From NCBI RefSeq assembly GCF_963921235.1, contig NC_086100.1, positions 201,626,001 to 201,690,000 on the forward strand: a stretch of DNA of 64,000 bases, in the 5' to 3' direction. Made by a program: the position numbers and the translations under genes. The DNA comes from Mobula hypostoma. Its lineage: Eukaryota. The notes beneath the pieces are model-generated. The model had not been told where the DNA came from, did no database searches, and saw only the letters and a program-made list of their open reading frames with translations. Shown here piece by piece: positions 51,501 to 64,000 of the stretch. Position 1 is the stretch's first letter. Each line of letters begins with the position of its first letter.

Positions 51501-53300
51501 CCCCCGCCTAAAATGTCCCTCTTCACACAGTTATAACAGACAATACCAGCAGCTCCCCTTTTCGCGTGACACTGGCTGCTAGCAGCCCTCCGCATAGTCT
51601 GTCGCCTTAGAGGATCCGCCTCCCTATCAGCTGCATCATATGGGGGGGGGGGTCACTCCTGCTGATAACAATCGGGACATCTCAGTTCTCAACTCTGCCA
51701 CAGTCTCCTTTACCACTGCCGGGGGCAGGCTATCCATGGTCACCTCACTGCAGGGGACCACTACCAAGGACTGTACCCTGCTGACTGAGGCCTCCCGCGC
51801 CTCCAGCGCATTCTCCTCGTCTCCTATTCCTCTGATCAGCTCAACAAACGGGGGCGGGAGGTGTCTTACAAGACATTGAGAGACCCCAAGTGATCAGGTC
51901 CTGGGACTGGGCGCCCTTTGCTATCTGGTCTATTGTTTACTGATCCACCTTAGCGGTCTGAATGGCCCATCTGTGCCACAAGCAATTTAGCTGCCTCTCG
52001 AGCCAAAAGGTATAGGCAGAAAGCTTCTCCCCCTTCTCCTGACGCATGTTCTGAAACCCGTCATGAGCTCCATTGGGCTCCCTGTCATGCCAAATGCATT
52101 TTCCAGTGCTCCCATGTAATTGACAGCTTTAGCTAGGGGGTACCGGAACTTCACGGCTTTCACCACGTCGACAGCTTGCCCACTCAAACTTTCAACCAAT
52201 CTCTGTCACGTTACATCATCAGAGCACTGCCACTCATCTAACAACTGAGAGGTCTACTCCGCCCAGGTCTCATACACCTCCTCCCCTTTAGGGGTGGGTG
52301 TTATTCCATTTATTTGCCAGAGAGGTAAGAGCAGATACTAACTCAGAGTCCTCACTCTTCCCTGGGGGGTGGGGACTAATTAGACATTCCAAATCCGACC
52401 ACTCCTTCCCCTCACTTCTCAGAAATGATAGAACCCTGTCTTTGAAATATCCGACCCTAGCTACGGGAAACTCAACTTATGATTCGGCCCCCTCCACTGC
52501 CATTATGTCAGCCTAGTCTGCAGTAAAACGAGGCCTGTGCCCACCATTTAATCAAACCTCCCACCTGCAATCATAACTTTGCCGACAGCTTTAACAGTAC
52601 TTAACAGGCCAATTAACAATTCATCCGGAGTACAAATAATCTACCCCACTCAACACGCACGCATTAGTTACCAGTAAGCCTCTGTGGATGAACACCACCG
52701 CTCCACCCCGGCAGCATCCATACTAGCCCAGACTTAAAACACAACCCACTGGTTCAATGTTCAGGGCAATCACACAGCATCCAACGAAATCAATTCCGGA
52801 ACGATACCTCCATAATTGTAACCCCCCCAGGTTCGGTGGGCTGATCCCCCGGGTGTCATTGACTCCCTACCCCATTCCACGTCCACTCGGTCCTGCAGTC
52901 TGTGACCTCTCCGTTCCAGCATCCTCTCAGGCACACAACAAGAAAAAAAAATACTCCCTTCATTACATGGCAGAATATTCCAAAGCCCCATTATCTCCAG
53001 TCATAACCCAAACACTGCTGCTGCAGAACGACCATTACATTAGCAGTCAACACACATAAAAGTTGCTAGTGAACGCAGCAGGCCAGGCAGCATCTCTAGG
53101 AAGAGGTACAGTCGATGTTTCGGGCCGAGACCCTTCGTCGGCCCGAAACGTCAACTGTACTTCTTCTTAGAGATGCTGCCTGGCCTGCTGTGTTCACCAG
53201 CAACTTTTATGTGTGTTGCTTGAAATTCCAGCATCTGCAGATTTCCTCGTGATTACATTAGCAGTGAAACCTTTCCCAGGGCGTTAAATCTGATATATGC
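48543..53300 (-). mobile_element. Decayed Ty3/Gypsy LTR retrotransposon (PNMA-like gag, CCHC, protease, RT, RNase H, integrase)
   Basis: gag VESLSGQAVDVVKA...ALENAFG; protease AILDTESQVTL; RT QGISGAPATFQ...VYLDDLIVF; RNase H APVLAFADP..LHTDASREGLGSVLYQ; integrase ITDHYTRY, IHSDQG. Putative LTR edges TGTAACCC at 48543 and 52817; right boundary uncertain. Confidence 0.88.
53048..53251. repeat. Fold-back (palindromic) PLE-terminus insertion with 81-bp arms
   Basis: Arms 53048-53128 and 53138-53218 are reverse complements with 6 mismatches; 14-bp TSD ATTACATTAGCAGT at 53034-53047 and 53252-53265. Confidence 0.92.
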
Positions 53301-53938
53301 GACCTTCTTTTTCTTTACCAGAGCTCTCTAACCCTGTTTGTCTTGGCTTTTATTCTAACAGAAACAAAGGCCTCCCATTTACTAAGCATTCCTTTGCCAG
53401 AAAATAGCCTGCCCCAATCTACACTTGGCAGATCCCTTCTGATGCCATCAAAATTGGCCTTTCTTCAATTTAGAATCTTAACCCAAGGACCAGACTTGTC
53501 GTTCTCCATAATTATCTTGAAGCTAGTAGAATTACGATTGCTAGATCCAAAGTGTTCTACACAGACTCCTGTCATCTACCCTGTCTTGCTCTCTTAAGAG
53601 AGATCCAGTATAACGCTGTCTATTTGGGATCTCCACACATTGATTAAGGAAATTCGGATTCATTCAATTGTGATTGTTGTTCCCTAAATGTTCTCCCAGT
53701 GAATGGCCAGTCACCTGGTCAGGCTTATTCCACAGTACAAGATCTGGTATACTCTCCCCTCCAGATTTAAGAAACCTATACACAATCCCATGAACAGGCA
53801 GAAAATGGACCATGTGCTGGCAGATGTGACAGTTTAAATTGTCATTTTTGTTGGCACAGACATGGTGGGCTGAAAGGCCTTTGCTGTACTATTCTATCTT
53901 CTATATATTCTATGTTCTCTCTTCCCCCAGAGTAAAGA

Positions 53939-54305
53939 ATGGCACGGCAGAGGCTGAAAAAAGAGAGGCTGCTTGATGCAAAAGTGGATGGTAAAAATGG
54001 AAAGAATATAGGAATTCATAAGAAGGCTCCAGCCAAGGAGAAGGAGAAGAAGAAAAAGTCCAACTTGGGGAATATCTTCATCAACATAGCAATCGTTTTG
54101 TGTACTGTGAGCTGTGTCTGGTTTTGCTATGCTATTTACATGAGATCGTGGTTTGCTAACAGAATCATAACACCTCACCCTTCATTCAGGATATTGAACA
54201 GCAACAGCTCTAGTCCCACATTGTCACCAGAAAAATACTGGGGATCGTACCGACCTCAGGTATACTTTGGAATGAAAACACGGAGTCAGAAATCCATTGT
54301 AACAG
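53939..54305 (+). CDS. MOGS: Mannosyl-oligosaccharide glucosidase (ER glucosidase I, GH63), first coding exon; exon 53931-54305, downstream exons not seen in window
   Basis: Basic cytosolic N-terminus, single TM helix, then KYWGSYRPQVYFGMKTRSQKSIVTG matching the conserved MOGS motif WGTYRP.VYFGMKTRSP..L.TG; acceptor CTTCCCCCAG| and phase-1 donor CAG|GTAGAG. Confidence 0.93.
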
Positions 54306-56019
54306 GTAGAGTGAATTTATTGTATCATGACAGGCAGTTTTTCCAAGTCTGTGTTCTTTTGTGAGTGGCTATGCTTAATTTTAAGTGACATAGGAAAGGC
54401 ACACGGAAAAGCAATGTTGCGTGATCATGGGAACTTAAATATGTGGGTAGACTGAGAAAATCAGGTAGGGCTCTGAAAAAATGAATTTGTGGTATGTCTA
54501 CAAGATGAATTTTTAGAGCTTGTGGTAGAGCCCAATAGGGTGGCACGATAGAATAGTGCTTAGTACAATGTAATTGCCAGTCAGGGTTCTGTTTCACTGC
54601 AGTCTGAAAGGAGTTTGTACAGTACTTTGCAGAAGTGTTAGAGCCCCTAGCTATATATATATATCGAAGAGTTTTGTACGGTACTATACCTTTCACAGAA
54701 GATGCTCCAATGATTGAGAAATCTGAAACCCTGCCCCCTAAAACAATTCCTCAGACTCACGTACATCTGCCAAATCATCCTAAATCAACTTTCAGTGGCA
54801 CATGGCACACACGGCAATCAAGAGAATACTCCCTGGAGGTTCTGCTTTTCAATTTTCTATGTAACTCCCTATATTCTCTCCTCAGGACTTCCTCCCTTTT
54901 CCTACCGATGTCATTGGTGCCAATAAGAACCACAACTTCCCGCCGGTCACCCCTCCCTTTACAATGCTTCTAACCTACTTTGGATCAATCTAATCTTTTC
55001 CTCCCGCAGAGCCCTCCATTTTTCTTTCATTCATGTGCCCATAAAAGAGTCCATTAAGTATCCCTAATGTATCTGCCACAACTTCTACCCCTACCCCAGG
55101 CAGTGTGTTCCATACATTTACTACTGATGATTATATCAACAAAATACACATTTTTCTGAACTACAGCTTTTTGATACCACCACTGCAACAGATCAAAGAA
55201 GAAATGTATCAATAAACAATGGATGATTCAAAATACGTTACAATAATTCATCAACATATTTTATCAAAATAGTATACCTACACCTACCTGGCAAAGACAA
55301 ATTTCCAAAGTAAATGTCTTAACTCACCAATGAATTGCAGTGTTTCTTGAGCTGAGTTGTAGTTATTCTAAATATTTTCAAGGCCATTCATTAAGCGTAG
55401 TGTATGAATATGCTTCTCAGTTACTACTTTCATTACATTAGTAAGAGGTTCCAAAAGTTGTTTTAGTTACATAAAGCATAAAAGAGAGGCTAAGGTGGAA
55501 ATTGGACTGCCTGTAAATAATGCTGGAGATGTACTAATGAACTTTGAAGTACTTATTTAATTCCCCCACTATTGCTCTTGAGTTCCTCCTTCACATGTCA
55601 GAAATTTGAGAGTCAGTGGCAAAGTGCGTATTGTGGCTATTACTAAGGAGATGGTGATGGGGTTGCTGAAATGCTAAAGATGGATAAATCACCTGGACTA
55701 GATGGACATGTTACAGTTGTTTAAGATGTTGGTCAGACCTGATTTGGAGTATTGTATGCAATTCTGGTCAACTACCTGCCTGGAAAGATGTCGATAAGAT
55801 TGGAAGAGTTCAGAGAAAATTTATAAGGATGTTGCTGGGATGTGAGGACCTGAGTTATAGGGAAAAATTGAATAGATTAGGACTTTATTCCCTGACATAT
55901 AGGAGAATGAGGGGAGATTTGATAGAGGTATACAAAATTGAGGGGTATAGATAGGGTAAATGCAAACAGGCTTTTTCTACTGAGGTTGGGTGAAATTATA
56001 TATGGAAGTCATAGGTGTG

Positions 56020-59000
56020 GGGTTAAACCTGAGTTGCTCTGCAAACGATCACCAGCAGGAGTAGATAAAGAGAGCTACCTTTTCAATCTAGATTTAAAAG
56101 GCACAGCTTCGCAGCAGTTCCTCAAAGAGTTGCACTGCAACCAATAAGCAAGCGGGATTCATTAGAAAGGGTGAATAAAAATAACACGTGCAAGCAGAGT
56201 GTACCGGTGTTTAGAGTTGCTTGGGCAAGGTACAGTATCTGGTCATTTTCTTTTTTCTTATTTGTTCATTCCCCCTCTGTTAGGGCACCATAGTGAAGTG
56301 AGAATCCTGGAGCAGTTTGTATTGCGTGTGAGATGTGGGAATTCTGGGAGACGTCCAGTCTCTCAGATAAATACCACTGTACCAGGTGCACTGAGCTGCA
56401 GCTCGATGACATTTGGCTCATACGGGAAAATGAGGTGATAGACGGGAGCTACAGCAAGATAGTCACCCCTAGGTTGCAGGAGACAGACAACTGAGTGACT
56501 GTCAGGAGAAGGAAGGGAAATGCACAGCCAGTACACCTGTAGCCGTTCCCTCAATAATAAGTATACCACTTTAGATACTGTTGAAGTGGTCGACCTACCA
56601 GGGGAGCTACAGTGATCAGGTCTCTAGCACTGAATCTGGTGCTGTGGCTCAGAAGAGCTGAGAATTGAAGAGGATGGCAGTGGTGATAGGAGATTCCATA
56701 GTCAGAGAAACAAACGAGATTCTGTGGGCTCGATAGAGACATCTGAATGGTATGTTGCCTTCCAGGTGCCAGGGCCAGGGATGTCTCAGATCAGGTTCAT
56801 AGCATTCTTGAGGGGGAGGGTGAGCAGCAGGAAGTCTTGGTATATATTGACCCCAACGATATGGGTAGACATGGTGAGGAAATCCTGAAGAGAGATTTTA
56901 GGGAGCTAGGTAGAAAGCTGAGAAACAGGACCTTCAGGGTAGTAATTTCTGGTTTGCTGCCTGTGCTACATGCCAGTGAGGCTAAGAATAGGATGATTTG
57001 GCAGGTGAATGCATGGCTGAGGAACTGGGGCAGGGGTTCGGATTTATGGATCATTGGGATCTCTTCTGGGGAAGGTGCAACCTGTAGAGGAAGGAACAGA
57101 TTACACTTGAATCTCAGGGGGACCAATATCCTTGCAGGCAGGTTTGCAAGAGTTGTTTGGGAGGATTTTTAACTATTTGGCAGGGGGGTGGGAACTGGAG
57201 TGATAGTGCTGTGGAGGAGGTAGTTGGTTTACAAACCAAGTGTGTAGCGAGGCACTGAGGAAGGGGAGGCTGATGATAGGGCAAAATTGCAGTCAACAGG
57301 GTGAGTTCCATCGTAAAAGGCGGACAAAATCAAAAAGGGTGAATATAAGACTGAAGGTGTTATATTCATGCGCAACATACGGAATAAGGTATCTGAACTT
57401 GTAGCACAGTTACAGATTGGCATGTATGCTGTTCTGGGCATCACTGAATCATGGTTGAAAGATGATTATATCTCGGAGCTTAACATCCAAGGATACAGAT
57501 TGTATCGAAAGGACAAGCAGGTCAGCAGAGGGGGGTGGTGTGGCTCTGTTGGTTAAAAAAAAGTGAAATCGAATCATTAGGGGTGATATGGGGTTGCAAG
57601 GTGTTGAACTGTGTTGGGTAGATCTGAGGAACTGCAAGGGTAAAAGGACCCTGGGAGTTGTATACAGACCCCCAAACAGTGATAAGGATGTACTGTACAA
57701 AAAACAACGATAAATAGAAAATGCATGCCAAAAGGGCAATGTTACAATAGTCACGGGGGATTTCCATACACTGGAAGATTGGGAAATTCAGGTTGGTGCT
57801 GGATGCCAAAAGGGGTAATCTCTAGAAGGCCTATGTGATGTCGCTTTAGAGCAGGTTGTGGTTAAACCCACTAAGTGATCATCTATTCTAGATTGGGTCT
57901 TGTGCAATGAACCAGAATTGATTAGAAAGCTTAAGGTAAAAGAAACCTTAGGGCCAACTGATCAAAATATGATCGAATTCGCCCTGAACATAGAACATAG
58001 AAATTTACAGCACATTACAGGCCCTTCAGCCCACAATGTTGGGCTGACCATGTAACCAACTCTAGAGACTGCCTAGAATTTTCCGAGCACATAGTCCTCT
58101 ATTTTTCTAAGCTCCATGTACTTATCTAAGAGGCTTCTAAAAGACCCTATTGTATTCGCCTCCACCACCGTCGCTGGCAGTGCATTCCATACACCTGCCA
58201 CTCTTTGTGTGAAAAACTTAACCCCTGACCTCCCCTCGGTACCTATTTCCAAGCACCTTAATGCTATGCCCTCTCTTGTTAGCCATTTCAGCCCTGGGAA
58301 AAAGCCTCTTGCTATCCACACGATCAATGCCCCAGATCATCTTACACACCTCTATCAGGTCACCTCTCATCCTCTGTCGCTCCAAAGAGAAAAGGCCAAG
58401 TACACCTATTCTTCTCATCTGAAATTTAAGAAGGACAATTTGAAGTCAGATACATCAGTATTGCAGTGGAGTAAAGGGAATTACAGAGGCATGAGAGAGG
58501 AGTTGGCCAAAATTGATAGGAAAAGAACACTAGCAGGGGTGAGAGCGGAGCAGCAGGAATTTCTGGAAGCAATTTGGAAGGTACAGGATATATACACCCC
58601 TAAAGGAAAAATGACCCAACCTTGTCTAACAAAAGGTTAAAACCAACATTAAAGCTAAGGAGAGAACATATAATAGAGCAAAATTTAAAGGGAAGTTAGA
58701 GGATTGGAAAGCTTTTACAAACCAACAGAAGTCAACTTAAAAAGTCATTAAGAAGGAAAAGATGGGATACCAAAGTAAGCTAGCCAATAATATTAAAGCG
58801 GATCCCGTAAGTTTCTTCAGTATAAGTGTAAAAGAGAGGAAAGAGTGGATATTGGACCGCAAGAAAACGATGCTGGAGAAGTAAAGTGGCGGACAAAATG
58901 AATAAGTATTTTGCATCAGTCTTCTCTGTGGAAGACACTGGAAGTTCAAGAGTGTCAGGGGTCATGAAGTGTGTGAAATTACTAGGGAGAAGGTTCTTGG

Positions 59001-60868
59001 GAAACTGAAAAGTCATCTGGACCAGACAGTGTCCACCCCAGTGTTCTAAAAGATGCTGAAGAGATTGTGGAGGCATTAGTAATGATCTTTCAAGAATCAC
59101 TAGGTTCAGGAATGGTTCCGAAAGACTAGAAAATTGCAAATGTCACTCCACTCTTCAAGAACGGAGAGAGGCAGAAGAAAGGAAATTATAGGCCAGTTAG
59201 TCTGACCTCAGTGGTTAGGGAGAGAGTTGGGTGACAGGAGTATCTGGTTGGCAATCAGTGGTGAGTGGTGTGCTGTCGGGGTCGGTGCTGGGCCCGCAAC
59301 TGTTCATGATATACATTAACGATCTGGAAGAGGGGACTGAATGTAGTGTATCTGAGTTTGCTGATGACACTAAATTGAGTGGAAAAGCATATTGTGCAGA
59401 GGATACGGAGAGTCTGCAGAGAGATATCGATAGGTTAAGTGGGCAAGGGTCTGGCAGATGGAGTACAATGTTGGTAATGCAAGGTCATCAACTTTGGAAA
59501 GGAAAATGGAAGATCAGATTACTATTTAAATGGTAAAGGTTGCAGCATGCTGCTGTGTGGAAAGACTTAGGAGTGCTTGTGCACGAATCACAAAAGGTTG
59601 GTTTGCAGGTGCAGCAGGTTATCAAGAAGGCAAATGGAATGTGGCTAGAGGGATTGAATGTAAGAGCAGGGAGGTCATGCTGCAACTGTACAGGGTACTG
59701 GTGAGGCTGCACCTGGAGTACCGCGTGCAGTTCTGGTCTCCTTACTTGAAGGATATACTGGTTTTGGAGGTGGTGCAGAGAAGGTTCACCGGGTTGATTC
59801 CAGAGATGAAGGGGTTAGGCTATGAGGAGAGATTGAATCACCTGGGACTGTACTCGCTGGAATTCAGATGGATTCTCGCTGGATGAGAGGCGATCTTATA
59901 GAAATATATAAAATTATGAAAGGGATAAATAAGAAAGAGGCAATGCATTCTGGCATTGTACCGGATGACTGGAAAATTGCAAATGTTACTCTGCTATTTA
60001 AGAAGGGTGGGAGGCAGCAGAAAGGAAACCATTGACCTGTCAGCCTGACATCAGTGGTTGGGAAGTTGTTGGAATTGATTGTTAGAGATGAGATTATGGA
60101 GTACCTGGAGGCACATGACAAAATAGGCCAAAGCCAGCATGGTTTCCTGAAAGGAAAATCCTACCTGACAAACCTACTGCAATTCTTTGAGGAAATTACA
60201 AGCGGGGTAGACAAAGGAGATGCAGTAGACATGGTGTATTTGGATTTTCTGAAGGCCTTTGACAAGAAGCTGCGTAGTAAGATAAGAGCCCATGAACTAC
60301 AGGAAGGTTACTAGCATGGGTGGAATATTGGCTGATCGAAAGAAAACAGAGAGTGGGAATAAAGGGATCCTATTCTGGCTGGCTGCCAGTCAACAGTGGA
60401 ATTCCACAGGGGTCGGTGTTGGGACCGCTGCTTTTTACGATGTATGTCAATGATTTGGATTACGGTATTAATGGATGATACAAAGATAGTTAGGTAGCAT
60501 TCAGGAAACAGAGACCCTGCAGAGAGTTTAGGGGAATGGGCAAAGAAGTGGCAAATGAAATACAATATTGTAAAGTGTATGGTCATGCACTTCGGTGGAA
60601 GAAATGAACAGGCAGACAATTATTTAAATGTGGAGAGAATTCAAAATGCAGAGATACAAAGGGACGTGGGAGTCCTTGTGCAAGATACCCCAAAAGTTAA
60701 CCTCCAGCATGAATCGGTTGTGAAGAAAGCGAATGCAATGTTGGCATTCATTTCAAGAGGAATACAATATAAGAGCGGGGGTGTGATGTTGAGGCTCTAT
60801 AAGGCAGTCTTGAGACCACGCGAGTGCAGTTTTGGGCTTTTTATTTTAGAAAGGATATACTGACATTG
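56020..60868 (+). mobile_element. Long decayed or composite CR1 LINE(s) (ORF1 esterase, endonuclease, RT), interrupted by an antisense CR1 3' end at 57986-58412
   Basis: MVCCLPGARARDV...VVISGLLPV, GITESWL, SGVLSGSVLGPQLF..INDL, FADDTKL, QSQHGFLKGKSYLTNL. Confidence 0.85.
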
Positions 60869-63372
60869 AAACATAGAAAACCTACAGCACAATACAGGCC
60901 CTTCGGCCCACAAGGTTGTGCCAAACATGTCCCTACCTTAGAAATTACTAGGGTTACCCATAGCCCTCTATTTCTCTAAGCTCCATGTACTTATCCAGAA
61001 ATCTCTTTAAAGACCTTATCGTATCCGCCTTCACCACCGTTGCTGGCAGCCCATTCCACGCACTCACCACTCTCTGCGAATTAAAAACTTACCCCTGACA
61101 TCTCCTCTGTGCCTACTCCCCAGCACCTTAAACCTGTCTTCTTGTGGCAGCCATTTCAGCCCTGGGAAAAAGCCTCTGACTATCCACACGATCAATGCCT
61201 CTCATCATCTTATACACTTCTATCAGTTCACTTCTCATCCTCCGTCGCTCCAAGAAGAAACGACCGCGTTCACTCAACCTACTTTCATAAGGCATGCCCC
61301 CCCAATCCAGGCAATATACTTCACCCTTTCTATGATTTCCACATCCTTCCTGTAGTGAGGCGACCAGAACTGAGCACAGTACTCCAAGTGGGGTCTGACC
61401 AGGGTCCTATATAGCTGTAACATTACCTCTCGGCTCCTAAATTCAATTCCACGATTGATGAAGGCCAATACACTATATGCCTTCTTAACCGCAGGGTCAA
61501 CCTGTGCAGCTGCTTTGAGTGTCCTATGGACTCGGACCCCAAGATCCCTGTGATCCTCCACACTGCCAAGAGTCTTACCATTAATACTATATTCTGCCAT
61601 CATATTTGACCTACCAAAATGAACCACTTCACACTTATCCGGGTTGAACTCCATCTGCCACTTCTCTGCCCAGTTTTGCATCCTATCACTATCCCGCTGT
61701 AACCTCTGACAGTCCTCCACACTATCCACAACACCCCCAACCTTTGTCTCATCAGCAAACTTACGAACCCATCCTTCCACTTCCTCATCCAGGTCATTTA
61801 TAAAAATTATGAAGAGTAAGGGTCCCAGAACAGATCCCTGAGGCACAGCACTGGTCACTGACCTCCATGTAGAATATGACCCATCCACAATCACTCTTTG
61901 CCTTCTGTGGGCAAGCCAGTTCTGGATCCACAAAGCAATGTCCCCTTGGATCCCATGCTTCCTTAATTTCTCAATAAGCCTTGCATGGGGTACCTTATCA
62001 AATGCCTTGCTGAAATCGATATACACTACATCTACTGCTCTTCCTTCATCAATGTGTTTAGTCACATCCTCAAAAATTCAATCAGGCTCGTAAGACACGA
62101 CCTGCCCTTGACAAAGCCATGCTGACTATTCCTAATCATATTATACCTCTCCAAATGTTCATAAATCCTGCCTCTCAGGATCTTCTCCATCAACTTACCA
62201 ACCACTGAAGTAAGACTCACTGATCTATAATTTCCTGGGCTATCACTATTCCCTTTCTTGAATAATGGAACAACATCTGCAACCCTCCAATCCTCCGGAA
62301 CCTCTCCCGTCCCCATTGATGATGCAAAGATTATCGCCAGAGGCTCAGCAATCTCCTCCCTCGCCTCCCACAGTAGCCTGGGGTACATCTCATCCGGTCC
62401 CGGCGACTTATCCAACTTGATGCTTTCCAAAAGCTCCAGCACATCCTCTTTCTTAATATCTACATGCTCAAGGTCTTCAGTCCGCTGCAAGTCATCACTA
62501 CAATCACCAAGATCCTTTTCCATAGTGAATACCAAAGTAAAGTATTCATTAAGTACCTCTGCTATTTCCTCCGGTACCATACACACTTTCCCATTGTCAC
62601 ACTTGATAGGTCCTATTCTTTCGCGTCTTATCCTCTTGGTCTTCACATACTTGTAGAATGCTTTCGGGTTTTCCTTAATCTGCCCGCCAAGGCCTTCTCA
62701 TGGCCCCTTCTGGCTCTCCTAATTTCCTTCTTAAGTTATTGACCCCTTCCTGTTCCTGACCTCCACCCACAGAGATTTACTACTGCCTTTGCACACCACA
62801 GTTCCTGTACCCTACCATAACTTCCCTGTCTCATTGGAATGGACCTATGCAGGATTCCACACAAATATCTCCTGTTCCTTTCCCTGAGAACATCTGTTCC
62901 CAATTTATACTTCCAAGTTCCTGCCTGATAGCTTCATAACTCCCCTTACTCCAAATAAATGCTTTTCTAACTTGTCTATTCCTACCTCTCTCCAATGCTA
63001 TTGTAAAGGAGATAGAATTTTGATCACTATCTCCAAAATGCTCTCCCACTGAGAGATCTGACACCTGACCAGGTTCATTTCCCAATACCAGATCAAATCA
63101 AGTACAGTCTCTCCTCTTGTAGGCTTATCTACATATTGTGTCAAGAAACCTTTCTGAACACACCTAACAAACTCCACCCCATCTAATCCCCTTGCTGTAG
63201 GGAGATGCCAATCGATATTTGGAAAATTAAAATCTCCCAGCACAACTCTTATTATCACACCTTTCCAGGATCTGTTTCCCTATCTGCTCCTCGATATCCC
63301 TGTTACTATTGGGCAGCCTATAAAAAACACCCAGAAAAGTCATTGACCCCTTCCTGTTCCTAACCTCCACCC
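60868..63372 (-). mobile_element. Relatively young CR1 LINE ORF2 plus tail
   Basis: ORFs 61274-62065 and 62062-62646 with CR1 RT motifs; endonuclease GDFNFPNIDW; tail AAACATAGAAAAC on +. Confidence 0.93.
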
Positions 63373-63380
63373 TCCATGAT

Positions 63381-64000
63381 GTCATAGTCATAGTCATACT
63401 TTATTGATCTCGGGGGAAATTAGTTTTCATTACAGTTGCACCATAAATAATAAATAGTAATAGAACCATAAATAGTTAAATAGTAATATGTAAATTATGC
63501 CAGAAAGTTATGAAATAAGTCCAGGACCAGCCTATCGGCTCAGGGTGTCTGACCCTCCAAGGGAGGAGTTGTAAAGTTTGATGGCCACAGGCAGGAATGA
63601 CTTCCTATGACGCTCTGTGTTGCATCTCGGTGGAATGAGTCTCTGGCTGAATGTACTCCTGTGCCCACCAAGTACATTATGTAGTGGATGGGAGACATTG
63701 ACCAAGATGGCATGCAACTTAGACAGCATCCTCTTTGCAGACACCACCGTGAGAGAGTCCAGTTCCATCCCTACAACTTCACTGGCGTTACTAATGAGTT
63801 TGTTGATTCTGATGGTGTCTGCTACCCTCAGCCTGCTGCCCCAGCACACGACAGCAAACATGATAGCACTGGCCACCAGAGACTCGTAGAACATCCTCAG
63901 CATCGTCTGGCAGATGTTAAAGGACCTCAGTCTCCTCAGGAAATAGAGACGGCTCTGACCCTTCTTGTAGACAGCCTCAGTGTTCTTAGACCAGTCCAGT
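63381..64000 (-). mobile_element. Rex1/Babar LINE 3' end with (ATGACT)n tail, continuing beyond the window
   Basis: MLRMFYESLVASAIMFAVVCWG...HPLH...RHRKSFLPVAIKLYN; GTCATAGTCATAGTCATACTTTATT on +. Confidence 0.88.

Noticed and set aside
51400..52720. PNMA-family host gene
   Set aside because: Broken by stops and frameshifts and followed by protease, RT, RNase H and integrase of a Gypsy element.
54306..54364. C-terminal extension of the MOGS ORF (RVNLLYHDRQFFQVCVLL)
   Set aside because: Read-through into the intron past the CAG|GT donor.

Overview
Eukaryotic, vertebrate genomic DNA. The repeat families present (CR1 with ORF1 esterase, Penelope/Neptune-like GIY-YIG elements, Rex1/Babar, RTE, fish-type L1) suggest a cartilaginous fish such as a ray; this is an inference. 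The window is overwhelmingly transposable-element derived. It holds many decayed CR1 LINEs, Rex1/Babar LINEs, RTE pieces, Penelope-like elements (PLEs), one near-intact full-length L1 (37367-43193) nested in a young PLE, a decayed Ty3/Gypsy element and three small DNA transposons with TIRs and TSDs. The only recognisable host gene is the first coding exon of MOGS (ER glucosidase I, 53931-54305, +). Two CpG-rich promoter-like islands lie upstream (~580-780 and ~19330-19790). Most notable: a minimal type I hammerhead ribozyme motif in the PLE terminal repeat (intact at 35909-35944, with degenerate or rearranged copies at seven other sites), an 81-bp-arm fold-back PLE insertion near the MOGS exon, multi-level TE nesting with readable TSDs, and a speculative phase-consistent four-exon small ORF at 752-8481. 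Boundaries of decayed repeats are approximate.
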